From assembly GCA_903861255.1 (NCBI GenBank), contig CAIOTO010000230.1, forward strand, positions 1 to 35,259: a stretch of 35,259 nucleotides of DNA. Reading direction: 5' to 3'. Position 1 is the stretch's first letter. Every line of letters begins with the position of its first letter. The DNA is from an uncultured Alphaproteobacteria bacterium. Its GTDB lineage: Bacteria; Pseudomonadota; Alphaproteobacteria; Paracaedibacterales; CAIOTO01. Below, piece by piece: positions 26,045-35,259 of the stretch. Position numbers and translations under genes: made by a program. Under the pieces are notes generated by a model. That model was not told the origin of the DNA. It did not search any database and saw only the letters and a program-made list of their open reading frames with translations.

Positions 26045-26461
26045 TTGACTGCTGATGTTCGCTGGATACAACGATTTAATCATTTTAAAAAAGCACTCGG
26101 TCAGTTAAAAGAGGCTGTTGAATTGAGCCACGCACGGCCACTTTCTTCTATTGAAACGCAAGGGTTAATTAAAGTTTTTGAGTTCACACATGAACTTGCC
26201 TGGAATGTGATGAAGGATTTTTTTGTATATCAAGGCAATACAAGCATTATGGGATCACGTGACGCCACACGAGAGGCTTTCCAAAACAATTTAATTGATG
26301 ATGGTTACAATTGGATGGAAATGATTAAAAGTCGAAATCAAACATCACATACGTATAATGAAGATACGGCGGCTAAAATTTCAAAAAACATCGTCGCTGT
26401 TTATTTTGAACTTTTCCAAACGTTTCTCTGCAAACTAGACGAGCTTGCGCATGACGGATAA
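26045..26461 (+). CDS. hepT: HEPN-domain nucleotidyltransferase substrate-binding protein (HI0074 family; HepT-type toxin)
   Basis: WIQRFNHFKKAL...L..A, FEFTHELAWNVMKDF, and the R-x4-H motif in KSRNQTSHTY. The start codon (TTG 26045) is uncertain. Confidence 0.85.
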   Translation: MTADVRWIQRFNHFKKALGQLKEAVELSHARPLSSIETQGLIKVFEFTHELAWNVMKDFFVYQGNTSIMGSRDATREAFQNNLIDDGYNWMEMIKSRNQTSHTYNEDTAAKISKNIVAVYFELFQTFLCKLDELAHDG

Positions 26462-26753
26462 TTTTGGTCTCAGTAAAAGAACAATAGAAAGTCTGAATGC
26501 CATTTTTGCAAAATACCCAGAAATCAAACACGTTATTATTTATGGATCGAGAGCAAAAGGGAATTACAGGAAGGGCTCAGATATTGATTTGGCCCTCAAA
26601 GGAGACGGCATTCCATTCTCCCTTCTGCTAAAAATTGAGAATGAAATAGAAGAGCTGTTATTACCTTATAAAATCGATTTATCCATTTACGACAAAATTG
26701 ATAGCATTGATGTTAAAGAGCATATCTGCCGTGTAGGGAAAATTTTTGGATAA
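26451..26753 (+). CDS. mntA: minimal nucleotidyltransferase (MNT; MntA-type antitoxin)
   Basis: IIYGSRAKGNYRKGSDIDLAL (GS-x9-DxD) pol-beta NTase motif. ATG 26451 overlaps the upstream stop, which suggests translational coupling. Confidence 0.85.
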   Translation: MTDNFGLSKRTIESLNAIFAKYPEIKHVIIYGSRAKGNYRKGSDIDLALKGDGIPFSLLLKIENEIEELLLPYKIDLSIYDKIDSIDVKEHICRVGKIFG

Positions 26754-26801
26754 AGAATGTTGCAAGGCAGTATACGTTCGAAGTTAATAATACCACGTGA
26801 T

Positions 26802-26817
26802 TAATTCTATAGAATTA
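26802..26817. promoter_or_regulatory. perfect 16-bp palindrome TAATTCTATAGAATTA upstream of mutS (possible operator)
   Basis: The self-complementary 16-mer sits about 65 bp upstream of the mutS ATG, next to a CACGTG palindrome (26794-26799). Confidence 0.15.
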
Positions 26818-26882
26818 GCTATGATGTTACTTGCATCCATTTAATGCTTGCACAACACTTAAAAACAATAACGTGGTTTTCA

Positions 26883-29468
26883 ATGACATCTGATATTCTT
26901 GATCATACTCCGGCCGATTCTGGCCTGCCTCCTGTGGTTGCTGAGGTTGCGCCCGCAACCGTTCACACTCCCATGATGCAGCAATATTGGGACATGAAAC
27001 AACGGCACCCGACTGAGCTTTTGTTCTATCGCATGGGCGATTTTTACGAAATGTTTTATGACGATGCCGTGGTGGCTGCGCGCGATTTAGATATTGCACT
27101 GACCAAACGCGGTAAAACAGATGGCGAAGATATCCCCATGTGCGGTGTGCCATTTCATGCATACGAGAATTACCTGGCGCGTTTGATTCAAAAAGGGCAC
27201 AGGGTTGCCATTTGCGAACAGATGGAATCACCCGAAGAAGCTAAAAAACGCGGGGCAAAAGGCCCATTATTGCGCGATGTGGTGCGTATTGTGACGCCAG
27301 GAACGCTTACCGAAGAAACGTTGCTTCCGGCACGTCAGAATAATTATTTAGTGGCGATTTCTCCGCTTGTGAAATCAAACCTTGGTATTTCGATTATTGA
27401 TATTTCCACTGGGGAATTCATGCTGGAGCCCTGCACGCCCGCTGATCTTGCAACCACACTTGCGCGTCTTGATCCATCAGAAATTCTAATTCCTGATACG
27501 CACCTTAACCCAGGCGAATTGTTTGACACGCTGCTACCGTGGCGCCGAAAATGCACCCCCCTACCCCTCGTGCGTTTTAGTCATGCGAATTGCGTTGAAC
27601 GATTAATGACGTTTTTCTCTACCAAGACGTTAGAGGTTTTTGGGCAAATTCCTGATGAATGTTTAATGGCGGCGGGTGTCGCGCTGGATTATCTTTATCT
27701 CACACAAAAAGAAGCATTGCCACGTTTGGCCTATCCGCGTTTTGTGCAGAAATCAGAATCGCTTATTATTGATGCAGCAACGCGTAAAAGTTTAGAACTA
27801 ACGCATACGCAGAGCGGGCAATTTCAGGGTTCATTGTTGTATGCCATTGATCGTACGTTAACCCCTATGGGTGCGCGTTTGTTGATACGGCATTTATCAT
27901 CACCATTGATTGATCCGATTGCTATTCATCAGCGACAGGATAAAGTAACTTACTTTTATGATGCAGAGAACATTCGCAAAGATGTGCGATCGCTCCTGGC
28001 AAAATGTCCGGACGCGGAACGTGCACTTGGGCGTCTTCTCATGAATCGCGGCGGTCCCCGTGATGTTGGGCTCGTCAGACAAGCATTGATTCAAGGAGAG
28101 CAGCTCAGTCATTTCTTAGATGAAACGCCGTCTTTCTCTGAAAATTGGAAAGATGCGCTCACGTGTAACCCAGATACACTTGTCTTGTTGACAGCGGCAT
28201 TTCACGAAGAACAACTCCCGCTGCTTGCACGTGATGGCGGCTTTATTGCGGATGGCTATTCGCCTGATCTTGATCGTGTGCGACATGTGCGTGCAAACGG
28301 AAAATCAATGATTGATGCGCTGCAACAGCGATACGCCTTGGAAACGTCCATCACAACGCTTAAAATTCGCCATAACCATGTGTTGGGCTATCATATCGAG
28401 GTAAGCCCAAGCCACAACACGAAAGTGCCCGATTTTTTTATTCACAGGCAAACACTCTCGACCAGCTATCGCTATACTACTATTGAGCTTGCGAAACTTG
28501 AACAAGATTTAAATCAAGCAGAAGCGTCGGCACTATCGATTGAGCTGACGTTGTATGAAAGCCTGATGGAAGAGCTTGCACTGGCTGAAGTCTCACTTAA
28601 AAAAACATTGCGTGCTTTAGCTGATATTGATGTAGCAGCAGCGGCGGCTGAACTTGCGGTTGCTGAACGATACACAGCGCCTGTGATTGATAATTCAAAT
28701 GTGATTCATATTGAAAGCGGCCGGCACCCAGTGGTGGAACAAGTTTTGAAAAATGGCGTTTCAGCGTCACCATTTACTGCGAATAATTGCATGGTCACTG
28801 ATTTAAAGCGTTTTTGGTTGATGACGGGCCCTAACATGGGCGGGAAAAGTACGTATCTGCGGCAGAATGCATTAATCATTATTATGGCGCAAATGGGCAT
28901 GTATGTACCCGCGGAATCTGCCCGTATTGGATTTGTTGATCGCATTTTTAGCCGTGTTGGTGCATCGGATGATTTGGCCGCGGGGCGATCAACCTTTATG
29001 GTTGAAATGGTGGAAACAGCCGCGATTTTGCATCAAGCAACAGATCGATCCTTTGTGATTTTAGATGAAATCGGACGTGGAACAGCGACGTATGACGGTC
29101 TTGCGATCGCATGGGCGGTATCGGAACATTTGCATAATGAAATCAAATGCCGGGCGATTTTTGCAACGCATTATCATGAATTGACAAAACTGCTAGATAC
29201 ATTGCCAATGATGGCTTGTTTGACGGTTAAGGTCGAGGAATGGCAAAATCAAATTGTGTTTTTGCATAAAGTGATTGAAGGCGTGGCTGACAGATCTTAT
29301 GGTGTGCATGTGGCAGCGCTTGCTGGGTTGCCAAAGACAGTGGTAAAACGCGCAGAAACTGTTTTGCGTGGGTTAGAGAAAGCGAAGAAAGACAAGCAGG
29401 CTAAAGCAGTATCTGATAAAACAGAAGAAGCACCTGAGCAGAAAAGACAACTTAAGTTGGTGTTTTAA
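26883..29468 (+). CDS. mutS: DNA mismatch repair protein MutS
   Basis: [26 protein letters not shown], Walker [27 protein letters not shown]. Start set at ATG 26883. Confidence 0.95.
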   Translation: MTSDILDHTPADSGLPPVVAEVAPATVHTPMMQQYWDMKQRHPTELLFYRMGDFYEMFYDDAVVAARDLDIALTKRGKTDGEDIPMCGVPFHAYENYLARLIQKGHRVAICEQMESPEEAKKRGAKGPLLRDVVRIVTPGTLTEETLLPARQNNYLVAISPLVKSNLGISIIDISTGEFMLEPCTPADLATTLARLDPSEILIPDTHLNPGELFDTLLPWRRKCTPLPLVRFSHANCVERLMTFFSTKTLEVFGQIPDECLMAAGVALDYLYLTQKEALPRLAYPRFVQKSESLIIDAATRKSLELTHTQSGQFQGSLLYAIDRTLTPMGARLLIRHLSSPLIDPIAIHQRQDKVTYFYDAENIRKDVRSLLAKCPDAERALGRLLMNRGGPRDVGLVRQALIQGEQLSHFLDETPSFSENWKDALTCNPDTLVLLTAAFHEEQLPLLARDGGFIADGYSPDLDRVRHVRANGKSMIDALQQRYALETSITTLKIRHNHVLGYHIEVSPSHNTKVPDFFIHRQTLSTSYRYTTIELAKLEQDLNQAEASALSIELTLYESLMEELALAEVSLKKTLRALADIDVAAAAAELAVAERYTAPVIDNSNVIHIESGRHPVVEQVLKNGVSASPFTANNCMVTDLKRFWLMTGPNMGGKSTYLRQNALIIIMAQMGMYVPAESARIGFVDRIFSRVGASDDLAAGRSTFMVEMVETAAILHQATDRSFVILDEIGRGTATYDGLAIAWAVSEHLHNEIKCRAIFATHYHELTKLLDTLPMMACLTVKVEEWQNQIVFLHKVIEGVADRSYGVHVAALAGLPKTVVKRAETVLRGLEKAKKDKQAKAVSDKTEEAPEQKRQLKLVF

Positions 29469-29595
29469 CGTTTTACCCATTGTCGTGCAGTATGCAGTTT
29501 CTACCTTTGCAAAGATAAAGGCAAATTAATAAAATTTTCATCCTGTGTCATCATCAAGCCATGCCCGATAATGACACAATTGGGTTTTTGAAAAA

Positions 29596-30156
29596 TTATT
29601 TCTTTGGGCCTAGCCCACAATCAGCAAAGAACACGTACCCGCGTGACTTGGGGTCATCTTCATCTACTTCCACTATTATTTCACCTTTAGAATTTGCATA
29701 TTTTGGCGGACATAGCCCTTGCAAACCAGATTGACCTAGCGCATTAATAGCATCTGTTACGCCTGGAAGTTTGCACGATTGATTGTTTGCCATTGATTTT
29801 TCCCACTTGGCCATATAAGGGCTGCTAGCAGAAATACGTTTTACACAATCATACGTTCCTCCAACTGTGTCACACACAGTTGACTGGATTTTATTGCTTT
29901 TTGGCTTCCAGTTTTTTCCTCCGGAGCCCATCATTTTTCGTTGGCAGTGCGTAATTAAGAATTGCACTGAAAAATCCCAATTTGTAGTAACCGTGGCTGG
30001 ATCCTTTACACATGCAAGTTCACTTTCAGAAATATCATCAGTTGCTTGGCCTTTATAAGGTTGAGAGCATACGTCAGATCCTTCAACTATGCTGTCATTT
30101 GCAATAGAAACTAAAATGAAACCTATTAATAGCCTTATTAAACGTGTTGTGTTCAT
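29596..30156 (-). CDS. small Cys-rich secreted protein (hypothetical)
   Basis: Signal peptide MNTTRLIRLLIGFILVSIANDSIVEG. The mature part has about 10 Cys. No recognisable domain. Confidence 0.6.
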   Translation of the reverse strand: MNTTRLIRLLIGFILVSIANDSIVEGSDVCSQPYKGQATDDISESELACVKDPATVTTNWDFSVQFLITHCQRKMMGSGGKNWKPKSNKIQSTVCDTVGGTYDCVKRISASSPYMAKWEKSMANNQSCKLPGVTDAINALGQSGLQGLCPPKYANSKGEIIVEVDEDDPKSRGYVFFADCGLGPKK

Positions 30157-30390
30157 AACTTAAACCCCATAATGTTTATTAAAAACATTGTATGTTATAA
30201 ATAATTAATAATAACTTAATAATTGAAATTTACAATATATTTCAATTTATTTCTTGGTAAAATTTAATAGTAGATGAAGCTGAATTTGGTGTTTTAGAGT
30301 TTTATCTATTGTCACATTTTGTCACACACAAGTGCTGTAATTTCAGCTATCTTAAGTCTGAACTCAATCAATAAAAAAAGAGAACAATAT

Positions 30391-32241
30391 ATGTGCGGCA
30401 TTATCGGAATCATCAGTCAAAACGACGTCAGCGAGCGCTTGCTCGATGGCCTTAAGCGTCTTGAGTATCGCGGGTATGATTCGGCAGGAATTGCAACGTT
30501 AGCGGCAGACGGTGAAATTGATCGCCGGCGCGCTGAAGGTAAGCTTGAAAAGCTTGCAGATGTGCTAGCTACGCGTCCCCTTGCAGGCGTAATCGGCATT
30601 GGTCATACACGCTGGGCAACGCATGGTGGTATAACGAAGAATAACGCTCACCCTATGGCGAATGATACGGTTGCGGTTGTTCATAATGGGATCATCGAAA
30701 ATTTCGCATCACTTAAAGAAATGCTGCAGCAACGCGGCGCAGTCTTTACCAGTGACACGGATACCGAAGTTGTTATGCACCTTGTGTCAATGCATATGCA
30801 AGAAGGACTAACGCCACTTGAGGCCGTTCAAAAGACATTGTCGCAAGTGCGTGGAGCATTTGCGCTTGCGTTTTTGTTCAAAGCTCAACCACATATGTTG
30901 ATCGCTGCTCGTCGTGGTAGTCCGCTTGTGTTGGGCATTACAGAATCAGAACTATTCATTGGATCCGATGCCATTGCGCTTGCGCCGTGGGTTCGAACGC
31001 TTTGCTACCTTGAAGAAGGTGATGTTGCAACTTTGACTCTGCATGGTGATAATGCTGAGGTTTCAATTTTGAACGAAGATGGAATAGCCGTAGAGCGTCC
31101 GCTGCGTCAAACAAACATCACCGCTGATGCAATTAGCAAAGGTGCCTTTACGCACTATATGCTGAAAGAGATTTTTGAACAGCCATTAACCGTTAGCGAT
31201 ACGCTACAATCACTCATTTCGGTTGAGGATGAATCATTTCATGCGCCTTTGTTGGCACTTAATAAACCATTTTCTAAGATTCGTATTATTGCGTGCGGCA
31301 CATCGTATTACGCAGGTCTTGTGGCAAAATATTGGTTTGAAAAGTTAGCGCGGGTGCATGTGGATGTTGAAATTGCATCTGAATTTCGTTATCGATCCCC
31401 TGTGTTTGATGGTGACACATTGAATTTTTTCATTACGCAATCGGGTGAAACGATTGATACATTAGCGGCGTTGACGTTGGTTAAGCAGCAAGGCGAAACA
31501 TGTGTTGCGATTGTGAATGTAGCAGAAAGTTCTATTGCACGTGCATCAGATCATGTGATTCAAACAATGGCAGGACCTGAAATTGGTGTGGCGAGCACGA
31601 AAGCATTTACAGCTCAGCTTGTTGTGCTGGCTGCGTTGTGTTTAAAATTTGCGAAAGAACGTAATGCAATATCGCCTCATGAGTGGACAAACTTTTTTCA
31701 ATCAATTGCACAAATCCCAGGACACATTAGTGAGTTATTGCGCAATGACGGCGTGTATCATCAGCTGGCAGCACATTTATGCCAGGTGCACCATACGTTG
31801 TATTTAGGGCGTGGTGCTAATTTCCCGATCGCACTTGAAGGCGCACTGAAACTTAAAGAAATTTCATACATCCATGCTGAAGGATATCCTGCAGGTGAAC
31901 TTAAGCATGGCCCCATTGCGTTGATTGATTCAAAAATGCCCGTAATTGTTATCGCGCCGCATGATGAATGGTTTGAAAAAACGCTATCGAATGTGCAGGA
32001 AGTATTGGCACGTTGCGCCCAGGTAATTGTGTTTACGGATGCAAAAGGTGCGGCAGCAATTGAAGCGCAAACCAAAACAATGCCGTGTTATCGTATTGTG
32101 ATATTGCCTGAATCTAATATGTTGACGGCTCCGCTTTTGTATACGATTTCGATTCAGTTGTTGGCGTATTATACAGCGCACATGAAGGGAACTGATGTGG
32201 ATCAGCCAAGGAATCTAGCGAAGTCTGTAACCGTTGAGTAA
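30391..32241 (+). CDS. glmS: glutamine--fructose-6-phosphate aminotransferase
   Basis: MCGIIGI N-terminal nucleophile Cys, RLEYRGYDSAG, two SIS domains, C-terminal DQPRNLAKSVTVE. Confidence 0.95.
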   Translation: MCGIIGIISQNDVSERLLDGLKRLEYRGYDSAGIATLAADGEIDRRRAEGKLEKLADVLATRPLAGVIGIGHTRWATHGGITKNNAHPMANDTVAVVHNGIIENFASLKEMLQQRGAVFTSDTDTEVVMHLVSMHMQEGLTPLEAVQKTLSQVRGAFALAFLFKAQPHMLIAARRGSPLVLGITESELFIGSDAIALAPWVRTLCYLEEGDVATLTLHGDNAEVSILNEDGIAVERPLRQTNITADAISKGAFTHYMLKEIFEQPLTVSDTLQSLISVEDESFHAPLLALNKPFSKIRIIACGTSYYAGLVAKYWFEKLARVHVDVEIASEFRYRSPVFDGDTLNFFITQSGETIDTLAALTLVKQQGETCVAIVNVAESSIARASDHVIQTMAGPEIGVASTKAFTAQLVVLAALCLKFAKERNAISPHEWTNFFQSIAQIPGHISELLRNDGVYHQLAAHLCQVHHTLYLGRGANFPIALEGALKLKEISYIHAEGYPAGELKHGPIALIDSKMPVIVIAPHDEWFEKTLSNVQEVLARCAQVIVFTDAKGAAAIEAQTKTMPCYRIVILPESNMLTAPLLYTISIQLLAYYTAHMKGTDVDQPRNLAKSVTVE

Positions 32242-32247
32242 TCTCTA

Positions 32248-32359
32248 CCTAAATACGTTTTGATTATTGCAGCGCTCTTCTGGTTTCTCGGTGCTCATTT
32301 ACATTAGTAAACTCCGCGCCTCGAACCATCCATCACTTAATACTCACAACGTATTTAGG
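32248..32359. repeat. 112-bp imperfect long palindrome (different from the GTCAT elements)
   Basis: CCTAAATACGTT (32248-32259) is exactly complementary to AACGTATTTAGG (32348-32359). The pairing extends imperfectly inward (TTGATTATT against AATACTCAC). Lies between the convergent glmS and the glycosyltransferase-like gene. Confidence 0.55.
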
Positions 32360-32396
32360 CAGATCTTTGGATGCTAATTAAGCATTTTGATCCGAT

Positions 32397-33341
32397 CTAA
32401 TACACAAATGATCTCAGCATTTGCATGAACTTACTGTTATAACCCCATTGTGATATTTTGAAGCAACCAAGAATATCTGGAATCAATGAAAACATGCGCT
32501 GGTGGGGGTGCCTGTGCACGTTCTTAACAATACCATCAAGGTCATCACTTGTTATATAAGTGATTCCATCAGGCTTTTTTTGAGTCGCAACAAACAAAAG
32601 TGCTTGGTCGTGTGAATGCCCTTTGAACTTTGGATGTTGCTTTTGACCGTCAAGTAGCTGATCGGTGAGTGCGTCTTTATTTTCACATAAATTGAGCCAT
32701 GTTTGAACAAAAGCGCGACCGCGTTCTGTGTTTCGCACAACAAGGAATGCGCCTCATAGCGCGTGGTGAGGCTCAAGGCTATTAGGGACAATGCCATTTA
32801 AAGCAAGCGCTTCACTCTTAATCGTTTGAAAAGCCATATTGAAATTATTTTTCCGTTTGCTGCCGTCTTGTAATAGCAAAATATCAGTTTTTGAATCATT
32901 AAGTTTACGCACAAAAGGTTCTATAGAACTTTTAAAGATAACGGGTGAATCCGCATAAAAAACGATTGAACCCTCGGGGAGTTCTTTGAGCGCTTTCAGC
33001 AGAACATACGGTTTCCAAAGCCAGTAACCAGACCCTTTTTTTTGATCAAGTATTTCTTTGTTTTTCGCATAAAATGCGGCGTCGATATCTTTACGATGAT
33101 ACTGAAAGAAACGATCAAAACCGCGATTAAATGCTGAAAACGTTTGCGCGTTCTGGTTTTGATAAAAAACAGAATCACCATCTGCGTATGAAATGCATGC
33201 GATCGGGGCTGAATTTAGCGTCTTCATTTTGTCAATGTTAACAGGAGCAAGCGAGATATCACTTTTATTTAGGATATAAATTTGTTCAGCCACATTTAGA
33301 AAAATGTATAAACAGAAAAAAACAACCACATAGCGATACAT
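32397..33341 (-). pseudogene. membrane-anchored glycosyltransferase-like protein interrupted by an in-frame TGA
   Basis: ORFs 32754-33449 and 32397-32738 are in the same frame, separated only by TGA (32754-32756) and 5 sense codons: ...EPHHAL*GAFLVVRNTERG... N-terminal anchor MYRYVVVFFCLYIFLNV. The GYWLWKPYVLL...FYADS and DQALL blocks suggest a sugar transferase (weak inference). Confidence 0.55.
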
Positions 33342-33383
33342 TTTTGCGAACACAGATTTGCCTCTTTTATTATTAGCTTGTTC

Positions 33384-33461
33384 GTCATTGCGAGGAGTCG
33401 AAGACGACGTGGCAATCGAAGATACTGGATCACCACACTTGCTTCCCACGTTCGTGAAGAC
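33384..33461. repeat. palindromic element, subfamily 2
   Basis: GTCATTGCGAGGAGTCGAAGACGACGTGGCAATC (33384-33417) ... CTGGATCACCACACTTGCTTCCCACGTTCGTGAAGAC (33425-33461). It supplies the apparent N-terminal extension of ORF 32754-33449. Confidence 0.7.
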
Positions 33462-33510
33462 AGCGGACCTTTACAATAGCTGTTTTTAATTAATGAACAC
33501 TGGGCAGCCT

Positions 33511-34347
33511 TTATGAAACAGTAAAGATCTCAACACCAGTTGCTGTTACACCAAGTGTGTGTTCGAACTGCGCCGATAAAGACCGGTCACGCGTTACGGC
33601 TGTCCAACCATCATCCAGCATTTTAACCTGGTATTTTCCTGCATTAATCATTGGTTCAATGGTAAAGAACATGCCCTCTTTCAGAACAATTCCCTCGCCT
33701 GGCTTGCCATAATGCACAACACTCGGTGCACCATGGAATGCACGACCTAGTCCGTGCCCACAAAAATCACGAACAACAGAAAAACTGTTTTTCTCAGCAT
33801 GTGATTGAATGGCATGACCTATATCGCCTAGGGTAGCGCCAGGCTTCACCACATCAATGGCACGCATTAAGCACTCATAGGTCACGTTGACAAGCTTTTC
33901 AGCGCGTAGGGGCACCTTTCCGATGCTGAACATACGGCTTGTGTCGCCATGCCAACCATCAACAATCAATGTAACGTCAATATTAATGATGTCGCCTGTA
34001 ACAAGTTGCTTTGCAGACGGAATACCGTGACAGACAACATGATTCACGGATGTGCAAATTGATTTTGGAAAGGGTATATGACCAAACGGTGCATAGCCAA
34101 GCGGCGCGGGGATCGCGTTATGCTCGAGTGTCCATGTATGACATATCGTGTTGAGCTCATCGGTAGTTATGCCCGCTTTTACAAATGGTGTGATATAATC
34201 CAACAATTGTGAGGCAAGTTTACCTGCTTTGCGCATACCTTCAAAGTCAGCAGGGCTGTGAATGATGATATCACCGTCACTTGGCTCTTCTTCATGGTGG
34301 CTATGTTTGCAATGCTCGCCATGCACGTGATGTTGTGGGTTGATCAT
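33511..34347 (-). CDS. map: type I methionine aminopeptidase
   Basis: Metal ligands in context: DIINIDVT..DGWHGDTSRMF, FCGHGLG, FTIEPM, SAQFEHT. AAGGAG RBS. Short His/Cys-rich N-terminal extension. Confidence 0.93.
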   Translation of the reverse strand: MINPQHHVHGEHCKHSHHEEEPSDGDIIIHSPADFEGMRKAGKLASQLLDYITPFVKAGITTDELNTICHTWTLEHNAIPAPLGYAPFGHIPFPKSICTSVNHVVCHGIPSAKQLVTGDIINIDVTLIVDGWHGDTSRMFSIGKVPLRAEKLVNVTYECLMRAIDVVKPGATLGDIGHAIQSHAEKNSFSVVRDFCGHGLGRAFHGAPSVVHYGKPGEGIVLKEGMFFTIEPMINAGKYQVKMLDDGWTAVTRDRSLSAQFEHTLGVTATGVEIFTVS

Positions 34348-34365
34348 ATTCGCTCCTTAAATCAT

Positions 34366-34398
34366 AAAAAACCCCGCAAACGATATCGTAGGCGGGGC
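34366..34398 (-). terminator. rho-independent terminator of rpsD
   Basis: On the minus strand, a GC stem (CCCCGC paired with GCGGGG, inner ACG/CGT extension) is followed by TTTTTT. Lies between the rpsD stop (34452) and the map RBS. Confidence 0.7.
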
Positions 34399-34451
34399 TT
34401 GTGCGTTTTAATAATGCATTTCCCTAACACGGAAATAACAAACAGTAGTAA

Positions 34452-35066
34452 TTAACGTGAATAAAATTCGACAACCAAATGTGGTTCCATTTGAACAGGG
34501 TATGGCACATCAGAAAGCTTTGGTGTACGAACAAACGTACCTTTCATCACTTTATGATCAACACTCATATATTCAGGGATATCACGTTCTGCAAGTTGAT
34601 TTGCGCCCAATACAACCGCATTTTCTTTCATCGATGTCGTGATTGCAATTTCATCACCTTCTTTTACGAGGTATGAAGGAATGTTCACGCGCTTGCCATT
34701 TACAGAAATATGGCCATGGTTCACGATTTGACGTGCAGCAAACACAGTTGCTACAAATTTCATACGATACACAACAGCATCCAGACGGCGCTCGAGCAAA
34801 CCAATCATGTTTTCTGACGTGTCACCTTTGCGGCGCACAGCTTCGTCATATACACGGCGGAATTGACGTTCACTGATGTTGCCATAGTAACCTTTTAGCT
34901 TTTGTTTCGCACGCAACTGAACACCATAGTCAGATGGCTTTGAACGTTGTTGTCCGTGTTGCCCAGGGCCGTAATTACGGCTGTTAAATGGGCTTTTTGC
35001 ACGACCCCACAGGTTTACGCCCAAACGGCGGTCGATTTTGTGTTTTGCTGTGACTCGCTTTGTCAT
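34452..35066 (-). CDS. rpsD: 30S ribosomal protein S4
   Basis: 204 aa. [30 protein letters not shown]4 RNA-binding domain [22 protein letters not shown]. Confidence 0.95.
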   Translation of the reverse strand: MTKRVTAKHKIDRRLGVNLWGRAKSPFNSRNYGPGQHGQQRSKPSDYGVQLRAKQKLKGYYGNISERQFRRVYDEAVRRKGDTSENMIGLLERRLDAVVYRMKFVATVFAARQIVNHGHISVNGKRVNIPSYLVKEGDEIAITTSMKENAVVLGANQLAERDIPEYMSVDHKVMKGTFVRTPKLSDVPYPVQMEPHLVVEFYSR

Positions 35067-35259
35067 TGATAAGCCTTATCTCAAGTAATATATTTTCAAA
35101 TAGAAGTTCCAAATTAATGACATGTTTTTTTAGTTTTGTCAATAGACCTGCTGCGTAAGTCGCATTAGCGCTAATTTTTACAGAAAAAAGTTTAAATTCT
35201 AAGGGAAATATAAGAAAGTAGGGAATCCAACGATCAAACCAGATTCCCCATGTCCCTAA

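Noticed and set aside
26844-26882. N-terminal ORF extensions of mutS (26844), glmS (30319-30390) and the autotransporter (23095-23193)
   Set aside because: glmS must start with Met-Cys (MCGIIG). The conserved mutS N-terminus is reached from ATG 26883. The autotransporter signal peptide starts at ATG 23194. The extensions are just open frame upstream of these starts.
32754-32756. TGA reassigned to Trp (genetic code 4) or selenocysteine
   Set aside because: All long conserved genes (mutS, glmS, the kinase, lysC, nadE) are intact under the standard code with no internal TGA and use TGG for conserved Trp. TGA also ends ORFs 9683-11692 and 17525-18286. No obvious SECIS hairpin follows the codon.
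5585-33461. CRISPR array formed by the GTCAT palindromic repeats
   Set aside because: The copies are kilobases apart, each is a self-contained inverted repeat, there is no regular repeat-spacer periodicity, and there are no cas genes.
35221-35248. Additional palindromic element or tRNA fragment at the window edge (GGGAATC...GATTCCC)
   Set aside because: It is only a 7-bp inverted repeat, lacks the GTCAT/ATCCAG termini and has no tRNA arm structure. The window ends too close to judge.

Overview
AT-rich chromosomal segment that looks alphaproteobacterial and host-associated or intracellular. This rests on a GapR/DUF2312 gene, a PleC-like PAS histidine kinase, an alphaproteobacterial-type S4, many exported proteins, a eukaryote-like LRR protein, dispersed palindromic elements and two disrupted genes; the taxon is inference only. 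Housekeeping genes: MHS-type MFS transporter, PAS sensor kinase, lysC plus an NMO/FabK-like oxidoreductase (operon), gapR, pncB-nadE, mutS, glmS, map, rpsD. Accessory content: (1) a tandem pair of diverged paralogous exported proteins with no domain I recognise (5751-9529), one carrying a GYNR/GYD repeat insertion; (2) two tandem DIT1/PvcA-type isonitrile-synthase homologues with signal-like N-termini and no PvcB/IsnB partner; (3) pncB and a long glutamine-dependent nadE that both start with signal/anchor-like peptides, with nadE broken by a 1-nt frameshift; (4) an autotransporter; (5) a HEPN/MNT (HepT/MntA-type) toxin-antitoxin pair; (6) an orphan pseudopilin; (7) an LRR protein and a Cys-rich secreted protein; (8) at least six copies of a GTCAT...ATCCAG palindromic MITE/RPE-like element. 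One of these sits in frame (84 bp, 28 codons) inside an O-antigen-ligase/TPR gene, and another forms the 5' end of a glycosyltransferase-like gene that also carries an in-frame TGA. I saw no rRNA, tRNA, CRISPR array, transposase or integrase. All calls come from reading the translations and DNA by eye; no database search was run.
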